Translations under genes and position numbers: made by a program
Shown: piece by piece, positions 10,858-22,742 of the stretch
How positions within the stretch are numbered: the stretch's first letter is position 1
Layout of the letters: every line of letters begins with the position of its first letter
DNA from: Octopus sinensis
Lineage: Eukaryota
Direction: 5' to 3'
DNA: 29,035 bases
NCBI RefSeq assembly: GCF_006345805.1
Contig: NW_021833202.1
Location: 1 to 29,035, forward strand
Notes under the pieces: generated by a model
Database searches by the model: none
The model's input: the letters and a program-made list of their open reading frames with translations, nothing else
Told to the model about the DNA's origin: nothing

Positions 10858-11162
10858 TTCCAATGGTTAGTTGTGTTATTGATGCAATTAGTGATGTTAG
10901 TAAATGCTTAATAATTATTCTTAAAAGCTGGAACTTTACACAAAGAGAGACATGCAGATCGTACTTTTAAAATTAAATTTGTAGATTGATTCGCTCCAGG
11001 TTATAAGAATTGATAATATTACTCTCCTCATATATAATATAGTCACTAAGTCTAACCCCAATTTAACAGGCTAAACCCACTGAAGTAACGATTTCTTTTC
11101 CGACTAAACTCAATGGATTTTGGACGTATTCAGTTACTGTTGTTTTACTTCTCTTTCTTCAA

Positions 11163-11176
11163 AGAGAGAGAGAGAT

Positions 11177-11215
<39 letters not shown>

Positions 11216-11280
11216 GACAGAGGGAGAGAAAGATGGGGCAAAAAAGAGAAGAAAATTTTGAGAGGGAGAGAGAGAAAGAG
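11163..11280. repeat. (GA)n / purine-rich tract
   Basis: Directly visible; it gives the RERERE ORF. Confidence 0.9.
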
Positions 11281-11961
11281 GTCATCAGCAAAAAAACTGT
11301 CTCCTCTTGCCAAGGGATTTGAACATACAGAATGTCCCAGAATTAACTATGTATTTCAATGATAAAGCAGAATTTTATGTTTATTACTTAATTATGATAT
11401 CAGAACAAATGGATTTATAAATCTTGCATCAGAGCTTTATTGAAAACTTTCAACGTGTGCTCCGTCTATATCCTTGCAAATTTCAACTCTGTCCTCAGCG
11501 TTGCGAAACACATTGAAGTATTTCAGGAGTTCTTTCTCTCCTGCACTGCCAACTGAATGCGTCCATTAATTTTAGCTAAACGATTGCTCCATCCTGGGGA
11601 TGGAAACCGAAAAAAATGATTGTAGCCAAATTGAAAAAAACCTGTCATGGACAAATAAACGGGGTCCAAAAGGAACGAAAACACAATTATAAAAAAAAAT
11701 CATAAAATTTATTAACAAAATAAATAAAAATTTATACACTTATAGCACATATTAAACATGATACACATAAACAAAAGTGAGTTTTTAAAAAAAATTGTCC
11801 GATTTCACTGCAATAAATAGTTAATTCTGGGACACCCTGAGATAATCCATACAGTGGAAACACCTTTCCTCACCTGCTCCAAAGCAGGCCAATGTCGCTA
11901 CTACTACTCCAACTACTACAACAACAACAACAATAATATTAATTATTATTATTATTATTAA

Positions 11962-12168
11962 GGCGAGTTGCCGGATTAGTACGCCGGACAAAATGCTTAG
12001 CGGCATTTCCTCTGTCTTTAGCTTCTGAGTTCAAATTCCACTGATGTTGACTTTGCTTCTCTTCCGCTTTCGGGGTCGATAAAATAAGTGCCAGTTGAGC
12101 ACTGGGGTAGATGTAATCGACTAGCACCCCCAACAGGATTCCAGGCCCTGTGCTTATAGTGGAATAAA
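11962..12168 (+). mobile_element. tRNA-derived SINE, group B, inserted at a (TTA)n tract
   Basis: ggcgagttgccggattagtacgccggacaaaatgcttagcggcattt...gagttcaaattcc (B box)...ggggtcgataaaataagtgccagttgagcactgggg...ggccctgtgcttatagtgg matches 1271-1489. Confidence 0.85.
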
Positions 12169-12561
12169 TTTTTATTAGTGTTAATAATATTTATATCAGT
12201 CTGTTTAGTACTGCGACTCGTTTTAGTCATCACCGCCTAAACCATTCTGGAGCAATGCATTCTTTACATACACCACATTTCCTGTTTGATTGAAGCTCTA
12301 TATAATTATTTTAACGTTTTCATTATAATTTTCTCTACAATGTTTTCCCGCGCTACATTTTAAAATCTTTCCCTCGCTTACAAGCACTTGTGGTAAGCAT
12401 TTGAATATACCCCCAGTTCTGTTTTCGCTAATAGTGTTCCTGCAGAATTTTTGTTTATGAACTCCAGCCACGTATCTCACCAGGCAGGGATAAACCGTAA
12501 TAGTCATTCTTCATTTTATTCATTTATGAGTAAAAGCAAACTCCTTCATCAAACAAACAAA

Positions 12562-12783
12562 CCGTATTTTCCGCCACATAAGTCGACGTATTTATATAGT
12601 GTAAATACGTAGTGTTTACATTATATATTACATTCAAAATATCGATACTATCTTTCTAAGTCTTGCAGCATTTCACACAAAATTTATGATCCATGAAAGT
12701 CGTCATTGTGTATAAGTCGACCAATCTTTTTTGGCTTTAAATTTTGGTTGGAAAAAATTCGACTTGTATGTCGGAAAATACGG
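12562..12783. mobile_element. Tc1/mariner-superfamily MITE (Tc2/pogo-like CCGTA termini), 222 bp
   Basis: Left TIR ccgtattttccgccacataagtcga (12562-12586) versus right TIR tcgacttgtatgtcggaaaatacgg (12759-12783) match at 22/25. TA follows the right end (the left flank is AA). An extra ataagtcgac motif lies internally. Confidence 0.75.
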
Positions 12784-13017
12784 TAAGTGGATCATTGTGT
12801 AGCTATCAAAGTAATTTTAAACTGACTGAGCAATACCAAGAACAGTATCAAATGAACCCAGTTCAGGCCGCATAGAGACTGATGACTGTATGTAATTAAA
12901 TAGTCAAGTTACTATACAATAGAGCTGTCTGTTTCCACAGTATTAATTCAATATACAAATCAAGAATACCTACCAAAAAAGTAACAGCACCGAGTATTGA
13001 GTTAAATAATATAGATA

Positions 13018-13051
<34 letters not shown>

Positions 13052-13075
13052 CTTGAATGTACAGTATAATATATA

Positions 13076-13176
13076 TCCATTACGGCCGATCTTACTAATC
13101 GGTTTCGCACTCAACAGAGTGTTAGACAACAGTCCGATTATGTAACCCTGTGCTCATCAGAGGTAGCCGTTATGGA
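13076..13176 (-). ncRNA. Type I hammerhead-ribozyme fold with intact core but missing NUH cleavage site
   Basis: Minus strand: uccauaacgg cuaccu CUGAUGA GCAC [39-nt loop] GUGC GAAA CCGAU uaguaag AUCGG ccguaaugga. Stem II is 4/4, stem III is 5/5 and distal stem I is 9/10. Confidence 0.6.
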
Positions 13177-13336
13177 ATGAAATATGGTGACTGCTTTCTA
13201 TTCTTGGAGGTGCATAGACACATCAAGTTTATAGTTGCTGTGACAAAGATGATGAAACGAACCGAATAGGGGATTGAGTTAAGAGTTACATCTCTGGGGG
13301 TGGTTTCGTTGCAATTCGGCAAGATATATATATATA

Positions 13337-13458
13337 TATATATTTGTGAAAAAGAAATTTGAAAACGCTACTATATTAGATAAATTTTAATTTTACATAT
13401 AAAATTAAAATTTATCTAATATAGCGGCGTTTTCAAACTTCTTTTTTACAAATATATA
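13337..13458. repeat. Inverted repeat: 59-bp arms, 4-nt loop
   Basis: 13337-13395 versus the reverse complement of 13400-13458 shows 4 mismatches, all transitions; the loop is cata. Confidence 0.95.
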
Positions 13459-13487
13459 CCCACTCGTATACGATCTACTCTTATTAT

Positions 13488-13531
<44 letters not shown>

Positions 13532-13596
13532 TGTACGTCTGTAGAGCGACGACTTAGAAATTTCTGGTCTGGTTCACAGGTGCGCATTTAGTCAAC

Positions 13597-13825
13597 AAGT
13601 ATGTATGTATGTATGTAGGTATGTATGTATGTATGTATGTATGTATGTATGTATGTATGTATGTCTGTATGTTCTGTCTGTATGTCTGTCTGTCTGTCTG
13701 TCTGTATGTATGTATGTCTGTCTGTCTGTCTGTATGTCTGTCTGTCTGTATGTATGTATGTATGTCTGTATGCATGTATGTAAGTACGTATGTATGTGTA
13801 ATACATACACACACACACACACATG
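13597..13825. repeat. Compound (TATG)n/(TCTG)n/(CA)n microsatellite
   Basis: Directly visible. Confidence 0.95.
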
Positions 13826-14627
13826 CGTGCGCTCGCGCACTCAGATATGAATGAAATGTATATTGAAAATATCAGTGACTGCTATCACAGACGTTAACGT
13901 TGATACGTTATTCTTTTTCAAACCAATGATTCTTTTAATTACTATCATTACTGGAGGAACTTTATGTATTCTTTAGATTGTCATTATTAGCATGTAACTG
14001 AATTTGTAATTTTCTTTACCGTACATACAAGCTAATAAAATTCTCTCATACACACACATAAACACACAAACACACACACACACAAACACACACACACACT
14101 AAATATTCCACACGTCAGGAGATAAGGAAATATATCAATATGGGAAATGCATTTTTCTTTTTATATTTTAGTAAATTGATTCCAAAATATATAAGTACTG
14201 TAAAATCATTTCAAAATACAACAATATACATTGAAGAAAAAAAGGTTATCACAATCAAATTATTTTAGAAGATATTATTACTTATTCCAAAATATCATAT
14301 CATATCTAAAATACGTTACGGTAATAAAATCATTTCCAGATTCCAGATTCCAGAGTACATTCAAATAATTTCAAAATACCCTATTAAATACCAAAAATAC
14401 ATCGAATTATACAATTTCAAACCGGTTTCACTTTGTACAAAATATATTCATTGCAATGTACGTAATGGCTTGCTACTAGCTTTCATTTGATATATTGTGC
14501 ATCTTCCACTTAATGTAACAGAACACTACAACTGACATTGACGACTATTTTCAAATCACCTTAATTCATCTTCACCCTCTGTCTGTCTAATCACTATCTC
14601 TTTTTTCTGTTTTACTTCCTTTCTTTC

Positions 14628-14830
14628 TATGTATGTATGTATGTATGTATGTATGTATGTATGTATGTATGTGTGTATGTATGTATGTATGTATATATAT
14701 ATACATGTGTGACTCTAACTCTCTATTTTACAATGCTAAAGAGAAAGAGAGGAGAGAGGTGAAGAGAGAAAGGAAGGGAGAGAGAGTGGAGAGGTGGAAA
14801 GGGAAAGGAAGGAGAGAGAGAAAGAGGGAA
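14628..14830. repeat. (TATG)n followed by a GA-rich tract
   Basis: Directly visible. Confidence 0.85.
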
Positions 14831-15409
14831 GGATACAATTAAAGACAGACTAAAGAAAAAGAGTGCTGCTGCCAAGAGCATCATCGCTATCCTTTTCCTC
14901 TATATATTTCTCGTGTTTCTTTGTCCAAAATTCCTTATTTCTATCTATTGAACTATGTCAAACAGTGATTCAGAAAGAGAAAGACGAAAAGAAGAAGCAG
15001 AGAGTTTGATAATATACAAAAGTATTGCCACCGTCATCACCGTCTGTCTCCTACTTCTAAATGAAACTCTTTCTTCATGTGTGTCTCATTCTCCAACTTT
15101 CTCTATTCTATTATTCCAGCAACACAAAGATTAGTACAAATGCTCCATTTCAACTTTCTGTCTATATTCGTCTTTCTTGACGGACACTAGCGTGTTTTCG
15201 GTGGGACTATGGTTGCTATTTTAAAAAATAAATGTTATACAAGCCTTTTGATAGGGGTGATGAATAATAAAATATGTAGTTGTATTTTTCAGTTTGTTTT
15301 TCTGAGAACGGTGTGGGGGTACAATTTACAAACACATGCAAACATAGACACAGGCACACATACACAGACCTATATGGAAACAGACAAAAATATATACATG
15401 TACGTGTAC

Positions 15410-15448
15410 AAGCATATATATATATATATATTTACACTTACACATATC

Positions 15449-15529
<81 letters not shown>

Positions 15530-15545
15530 ATGTATATGCGTGCGT
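15410..15545. repeat. (TA)n microsatellite
   Basis: Directly visible. Confidence 0.95.
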
Positions 15546-17988
15546 GTGTGAGTACACATCTTAGAGGTGAACTTATTTCATGTCTCTATCTTTAATAAAA
15601 TTGCTATTTTATTGCAGATTCTTCTCGAAAATGGAATAAACGTCTAGAGGAATCAATCTCAGAGAAAAGCAATTTGCAGAACTTTCCCAAATTCACACAC
15701 GTCAACAAATATATTAATCAGCATTCTCTTAGCTTGTCATAACGATAAGTAACATTTGCCAGCAGTATTTGTCTGATTTCGGAAATTTATAAACATGGCT
15801 GCTAGTTCATGTTACTTGTAATTGTATGACAAATAAAACCTCTTTCTCCAAAACGCAAAAGAACGTAAAACAAAAAGAAAATAAACAAAATACGTTGATG
15901 AAAACATGGAGTTGCAATGTCACTGAAATGGTAATTAATAGGATATTTCATGTTTTCTTATGTCAGCGTGGGTATAAATCGATTTTCTGTATCGTCTTGT
16001 TAGTCATTCGTTGGTGAGATTAACTTCTGTTCGAAAATATCTTGTCGCTCTGACCGAAACTAATCTGTACGAAAAATAAATTGTTATAAATCCATGTACA
16101 AGTATTTTCGACATTTCTTTTTAGTGTCTTGAGAATTAGATAGAGATCATTACTCTTCATATTTTACAAATAAATATCTGGAATAAATTAATATGATTAA
16201 TAAGATCTTAAAATTGGCGGCTGTTTTAACCTTGTACATGTCACATTGTCCTTGATCAGGGTGAACATTTAAGAACATATTTGGCATTTACTGTCTTCAT
16301 GTTGCATTATTGATTATCAATAAAATATCTAAATAGATGTCCAATGCCATACGTTCGTCATCGCTTATTTATTTGGGTATTACTAATAACGATGGCAAGC
16401 TGAATAATGGCGCCTTTTTTCCTTACGAAAGTAGACTGATATGCCAGGAATTAAAAAAAAACCTGAGACTGCAATGAATCCTCGTCTCACACTTTCTTAT
16501 CAATTATTTCAACTGGGATATTATATTATCCACAGAATTAAAGACAAAACTAGTAAGATTTATAGCAATATGTAAGATAAAGAATGGGCATAAGACCCTG
16601 GCAAGTCTACTTCATAATCTAGTTTCGATTCGTATTTGTTTCAGTTCAATTTAGGCATTAAACGTCTCTAAGGAAAAACAAGAACGTTTTATGTTACTGC
16701 TTCTCATTCCTGATAAATTTGATTTCGCAAAGCGTAAATCTGGAGGTTGCGATAGACTAACACATCTGATTCCAGTGAGAAATAAAATAAACATAGTAAT
16801 GAATGATAAAGTTGGTGTTAATACTTTAATAATTGTGGTTGGTGTTATGTATATTTGGTAATGAGTGGTGCTGTAGAGAATGCGGATATCCTGTTTTAAC
16901 ACATGGTTGAAGCTATTTCATTTCTTTTTGATAGGCAGTATCGCTTGACTTGAAAAGACAGAAACACCTCTATTTCTTATGTCTCTTCTCAAGCCGATTA
17001 AAGAAATTAATGTATATGGCTGATAACATGAAAGGTTCGTCTCTGTCTAATACAACCGACAGTTATAGAACAAAAATCTTCGAAACCCTTTTTCTTTGTG
17101 TTTAGACATTTGTTGACTGATCAACAAATTAATTTTGTGGATTTAATATTTAATTTCTGAAAATAGTCTCCTCTCTTCTTTTTCAGAATCACTAATAATT
17201 ACCATTAGGTATGTTATTTTTTTTTCTCCATTAAAGAAACAATGTTTATTGTATCTTTGAAGGCTCATTATGCTAATAAAACACACGCATGGGTTCTTTT
17301 CACTTCTGTTATTATAATTAGTCAAGTAGTTAACCTTTCAAGTAATCAACCAATAGATTGTTTGATTAATCGTTCACTCATTTAATCAATTCGATCCTTT
17401 TGGAAGCATATGATTGATGAAATCGCGAATGGCGACTAAAAGACTCGGACGAATCTAAATGATCGATCAATTGACAGAACAATTAAACAAATGATCCACA
17501 GTTAATTGATTAAATTGTTAACTAATCTATGTTAACTAATTTTCTGCAAGAAGCGAAATAGAATCCGTGCGTGTGTTCATTATTGGCATAATGATCCTCC
17601 AATGATACAACACAATCTGTTTCAAAACACGTTTTCACATCAAGAATCTTGCAAAATAAATACATAGAAACGAAACAATTTAAAAAATTGATTTAGAATT
17701 TCTTACGTAAATTATTTAGTACTTAACTCCTGAATTTATTTAATTAGAAGAAGCCAATCTTTTGATACAATCTCCTAAACAACAGCAAAAGCTAGACCTA
17801 GCAGAAGCTAACGGAAACATTTCTCATTTTTACAGAATGTCGATACTGCTGTGAATTTTGCGATATTGTTTAACGACTACTAGCAGATGGTGTACTGGAA
17901 ATGGACTAATCCAAGAACGGCCATGCACTTCGTTAATGCGCCACTCTATCCACTTAACATGAATGATCTTCATGACTTTAGTCATACG

Positions 17989-17989
<1 letters not shown>

Positions 17990-18061
<72 letters not shown>

Positions 18062-18245
18062 ATCTATCTATCTATCTATCTGTCCGCCTACCTACCTACC
18101 TACCTACCTACCTACTTACCTACTTATCTACCTACCAATCAGTTTGTCTGTCTGTCCGCCTGCCTGTCAGTCTGCCTATCTGTCTGTCTGTCTATCTACG
18201 TAACTAGCTACCTATCTGTCTGCCTGTCTGTCTTCCTGTCTATCA
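17990..18245. repeat. Compound (TCTA)n/(CCTA)n/(TCTG)n microsatellite
   Basis: Directly visible. Confidence 0.95.
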
Positions 18246-18592
18246 ATCTGGGTGTTTCAGATCTTAAAACATACATCCGCTACACTCCCACCCAGACAAC
18301 TCATTCTAGATTGATCACGCATTGCATTGTTCAAGCAGCATTCTACTGACGCTACCGATCACTTATTTTCATGGAAAACAGGTTATTGATTTTCCGAGCC
18401 TGTCATTACAATCGTTTCAATGATCTTATTAACATTATATTTTTTCTACCAAGCCATCTCGTCAGACAAAATTTTCAATACTGTGCAGTGACAACTGATA
18501 GATTGGTGCAGTATGCAACATCAGAAATTGGAATTTAATGTGGCTTGGATATTGGACTCTAATTCGTATAGCATTAAAGCACATCATAAACT

Positions 18593-18639
<47 letters not shown>

Positions 18640-18824
18640 AAACAAATGACAGAGACGGAAAATGGAATGCACGGCAAACTTTATTGCTCACAACGATCGT
18701 TTTGGCACATTCTGCGTCGACCCCTCACGGGTGGGAAACTATACAACTAGTGGTGGTGCATTCCTCGGTGCAGAAGCGACTCGTCAGGTGATGTAATACT
18801 ACTAAGAACATACCCAACACTTTA

Positions 18825-18890
18825 TATATATGTATGCATATATGTATGCATATATGTATGTATGTATGTATATATGTATATATATATATG

Positions 18891-18940
<50 letters not shown>

Positions 18941-19028
18941 TATATATATGTATATTATATGTATTTGCATGAACACGTCTGACTGTCTCTTTGCCTATCT
19001 CTGTCTCTGACTGTCTGTCTGTCTGTCT

Positions 19029-19063
<35 letters not shown>

Positions 19064-19077
19064 CACACACACACACA
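18825..19077. repeat. (TA)/(TATG), (TCTG), (TC)n and (CA)n microsatellites
   Basis: Directly visible. Confidence 0.9.
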
Positions 19078-19111
19078 ATCATGAATATATATTAAAGTAG
19101 TAGTTATGATA

Positions 19112-19451
19112 AGCGAAGGCGCATGGCTCAGTGGTTAGAGCGTCCAGCTTACAATCGTGAGGTTGTGAGTTTGAATCCCAGACCAGGCTGCGTGTTGTGT
19201 TCTTGAGCAAGACACTTTATTTCACGTTGCTCCAGTTCACTGAGCTGTAGAAATGAGTTGCGCTGTCACTAGTGCCAAGCTGTATCGGCCTTTGCCTTTT
19301 CCTTGGATAACACTGGTGGTGTGGAGAGGGGAAGCCGGTATGCATGGGTGACTGCTGGCCTTCCACAAACAACCTTGCCCGGAGTTGGACCTCGGAGCGT
19401 AATTTTCTCGGCGCAATCCCATTTTCATTCATGACCGAAGGGGGTCTCAGC
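19112..19451 (+). mobile_element. CORE-like tRNA-derived SINE with 10-bp target-site duplication
   Basis: A-box tggctcagtgg and B-box-like gagtttgaatccc are followed by gttgtgttcttgagcaagacactttatttcacgttgctccagttcactgagctgtagaaatgag, which resembles the MIR CORE (tgtgaccttgggcaagtcacttaa...ctcagttt.ctcatctgtaaaatg). The element is flanked by agttatgata at 19102-19111 and 19452-19461. Confidence 0.85.
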
Positions 19452-20648
19452 AGTTATGATATAAGGGAGATTTGGTTGCTAGCAGGTTGAGCGACCTCGA
19501 TCACAGTAAATACCAATATATTTTAGGTGTTTGTAGAACAACATTACCTAATGTGTCTTTTCTTTACGGCAGTAAAGTGTGATAAGAGTGAGAATTGGTT
19601 ACTCTCTTTAGCAGGTTGAGCGACTACGATCAAAGAAAATCCCAGCATGTTGTAAGAAACTGTAGGGAGAGCAGATCTTCAGTGAATATGTTTATACTCC
19701 ATTATACAAGTGTTTCGGCCCTTAACTCCTTACAATTTAAAAGGGAATGGGTAAGCCGCATCCAAGGCATGGCTCCTGGATACCTCTCTGCAGCCATATT
19801 CTGTGCTGTCTGCATTGTAACAAATACCTTCCTGAGTGATTAAGTTACCCCAGAGCTAAGGTACCTTGAACTTGGGTGTTGTAACGAGGTCACTCTAAGA
19901 CACCAGTTGACTGTAGAGGAAATTGTGCCTTCTAAAACGCACTTTCATTCTTCTTTCGCCAGATCTAGCTAGAACTCTTTCGGCCGTTTCTGTTATCACT
20001 ATAAGAGCTCTAGTCCTCTTTTATAGGTTTTCAAGCCTACATTATCTAATACATTATCCAATACCTAGTACATTTCTTAAAGACTGCAGAGTGTTGTATG
20101 GGGAAAATTTGGTTGTTATTTCAAGTAGTAGAGCGGCCACGATCAAAGCAAATCCCACTATTTTTTTAAGGTTTGACGGACTACATTATTTAACATGCCC
20201 TTCCTTTGACTTTCTTTAATAGATTGTGATATGAGGGAAATTTGGTTGCTCTTTCTAGCATGTAGAGGCTCGTTATAATAATTTTTCTTTTTCTGCTTCT
20301 CACTAAGGCTCGGTTAGTGATACTCTCTTGCTATGTCAAATAAATCTTAAACAAACCAATGAATAAATAAATAAAAATATAACTGGAAGTTTGAGGTTAG
20401 TTTCTACGAAACGGGCAAATTGTTGAATTAAAAAAAAATATTCTTCTACAATTTCTTTACAAGGCATCAAATTAATTTAGTTTAATCCTGAAAGCTGATA
20501 AAGAAATAAGACAAGATGGATGAGATGTTCAGATTAGTATCGTGATACATGGTGGATATCTTATTTCATTTGTCGTCTTCTCACAAATGTAATATATGTT
20601 TTTTAGCATTCTACCAGATGGCAAATTTCCCACCGTTGTACAATAATA

Positions 20649-21213
20649 TTGGGTTGTCCAGAAAGTTCGTGCCGATTTATAGTAGCTTACTTTTCGACTT
20701 ATTTTAGAACATGGTTGAGTCCATAAAATAGGATTTGACTACACCTCCATTTACAGCACAGTTTAAGCTATCTTTTCGTGGAAGAAGGTTAATGTTCCTA
20801 TAACCTGTGTTAATTCTATAACCCTTTTAAATGGAAGATAAGAAAGTTCGTTTTCGGCACTTGATGCTTTGGGAACGAGACAAAAATTGCTGCAGCTCGG
20901 CTGGGATATGTTACCCCAACCTCCATATTCACCAGATATTGCTCCTTCGGATTTCCACTTATTCAGGTCTCTGCAGAATAATCTTAATGGTAAAAATTTC
21001 AATTCCTTGGATCACGTAAAAAGATACCGTGATGAATTCTTTGCCATGAAACCACCACAATTCTGGGAAGAGGGTATTTTAAAGTTAAAGGAAAGATGGG
21101 GACGCATTGTGCAACACAATGGTTAATATTTGGTTGATTAAAAATGTAAGGCAAGCATTTATTAACCTTTTTCTTTCTTATAAATATCGGCACGAACTTT
21201 CCGGACAACCCAA
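20649..21213 (+). mobile_element. Internally deleted mariner transposon (565 bp) with intact TIRs
   Basis: The 28-bp TIRs ttgggttgtccagaaagttcgtgccgat and atcggcacgaactttccggacaacccaa match at 27/28, with TA on both sides (20647-48, 21214-15). MEDKKVRFRHLMLWE (from 20831) is joined out of frame to TRQKLLQLGWDMLPQPPYSPDIAPSDFHLFRSLQNNL..., which contains the mariner YSPDLAPSD motif with the third catalytic D. Confidence 0.95.
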
Positions 21214-21319
21214 TAGCATGGCTGCTAGACTTGCTAGAAATTGCAACAAAAATATTCCTCTCGTTGTAGACAGCCTTTCGTCTTTAAAAAGAATAGGAAA
21301 CATTAGATGATGTCGTCTG

Positions 21320-21700
21320 GTGTACAGTAAATAAATAAATAAAAATAGAATAAAATAAAAGAAAAAATATTCAAAAAACAAGATATTAATTTTGATTGTA
21401 AAGAAAAATTAAATCAAAGACAAAATTTATTTTGTGGGCAAATAAAATATTAAAATTTTTATACAGAAAAGTAAATAAATAAAATAAAATTTATTTTACC
21501 AACAAATATTTATTTTATCGATATATAAATAAAATTGGTTAAGAAAGCAAATTATATTTAGATTTGCTTAATGGATTTAAATAAAATAAATTTATATTAT
21601 TTAATAATAAATGAAAGAAATAAAATATAAAAAAAATATTTGTATTATTTAAGTAAAAGAAAAGAAATAAAATATAAAAAAACCAAAAATAAATGAGTGA
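21320..21700. repeat. Extremely AT-rich low-complexity tract (AAATA/ATTT-rich)
   Basis: Directly visible composition. Confidence 0.8.
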
Positions 21701-21794
21701 AAGATAAAATGGTCAGTGTTGGAAATCTTGTGATCATATACGTATATGCGGGATCAAGCATAGCTTGGGGTTAAACAACCACAACATCAACAAA

Positions 21795-22083
21795 AAAGTT
21801 ACTCCGTCGGTTACGACGACGAGGGTTCCAGTTGATCCGATCAACGGAACAGCCTGCTCGTGAAGTTAACGCGCAAGTGGCTGAGCGCTCCACAGACACA
21901 CATATCCTTAAAGTAGTTCTCAGCGAGATTCAGCGTGACACAGAAAGTGACAAGGCCAGCCCTTTGAAGCACGGGTACAATTAATTTTTGCCAGCTGAGG
22001 ACTGGTGCAACGTGAAATAAAGTGTCTTGCTCAATAACACAACGCGTCGTTGAGAACCGAACTTACAACCAGCACGCGCCTTC
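21795..22083 (-). mobile_element. CORE-like SINE with deleted A-box region and a different 3' tail
   Basis: Reverse complement gaaggcgcgtgctggttgtaagttcggttctc...gttgtgttattgagcaagacactttatttcacgttgcaccagtcctcagctgg shares a 28-nt identical block with 19203-19230. The tail (...gatcggatcaactggaaccctcgtcgtcgtaaccgacggagtaac) shows no similarity to the tail of the 19112 copy. Confidence 0.8.
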
Positions 22084-22191
22084 ACAACAACATAAAAAAA
22101 AATAACAACAATATTAGTGCACCTCTGGAAACGGTTAAGGATACTACTTTCTCTCTTGAATAGAATAAAAAAGGATCATTGTCACACATAA

Positions 22192-22563
22192 TCTCTCTCT
22201 ATATAAACGGCAGTTTGTCTGTGTGTCTGTTTGGTTGTACCCTCACCCTGACCACGGCTTTCAACCGATTCTGATGAAACTTGACACACACATAGCCCAA
22301 TGTCATAATTCAAAACTAACGCAGCGAAAATTTTGAAAAGTTCCCCCAGTTCTGAAAAAAAATCGATAAATTCGACATGGGGTCGAGAATCAGAAATGCA
22401 AACCACAGACTGTCTGGGGAAGCAACTCGACCTTTTTAACTCTCAAAAAAAATTTACCATAATTTTTTTTCAATTTTTTTGCTATTTTTTGGCTCTAACT
22501 CTCTAAAAATGCTTTATAGTTATTTCCCTTACAAACCCGAGCAACGCTGGGCGATACTGCTAG
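22192..22563 (+). mobile_element. Non-autonomous Helitron, 372 bp
   Basis: It starts A|TC (22191/22192) and ends CTAG|T (22560-22563/22564). The subterminal hairpin cccgagcaacgctggg (22536-22551) lies 8 nt before CTAG, and there is no TSD. These are all canonical Helitron hallmarks. Confidence 0.85.
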
Positions 22564-22602
22564 TTTCACATAAATGCATATATTTACACTTACCTACTTA
22601 CA

Positions 22603-22742
<140 letters not shown>

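Noticed and set aside
11430-11600. Possible minus-strand terminal exon (pyrimidine tract-CAG, WSNRLAKINGRIQLAVQERKNS*, then AATAAA)
   Set aside because: The ORF is short, has no recognisable homology and has no convincing partner exon. Such signals arise by chance in AT-rich DNA.
15618-15742. Possible plus-strand exon after ttttattgcag (40 open codons, SSRKWNKRLEESISEK...)
   Set aside because: No recognisable protein and no linked exons; it cannot be supported without RNA data.
16654-16865. About 68 open codons on + overlapping an 83-aa ORF on -
   Set aside because: Neither translation resembles a known family, and the length is within chance expectation for a 29-kb window.
18745-18790. Minus-strand CUGACGA-GUCG...CGAG-GAAU
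   Set aside because: The core 3' half is degenerate and stems I and III cannot be formed.
19118-19185. tRNA-like sequence with A and B boxes (also at the SINE heads at 5832, 1489, 11962 and 24614)
   Set aside because: These are SINE heads continuing into SINE bodies, with no complete cloverleaf or acceptor stem, so they are not tRNA genes.
19455-20265. Repeat-spacer-repeat layout superficially like a CRISPR array
   Set aside because: The units are diverged, spacer lengths vary several-fold, there are no cas genes and the context is eukaryotic. It is reported instead as a dispersed motif.
21320-21700. AT-rich tract as a replication origin or matrix-attachment region
   Set aside because: Composition alone cannot support a function; it is recorded only as low complexity.
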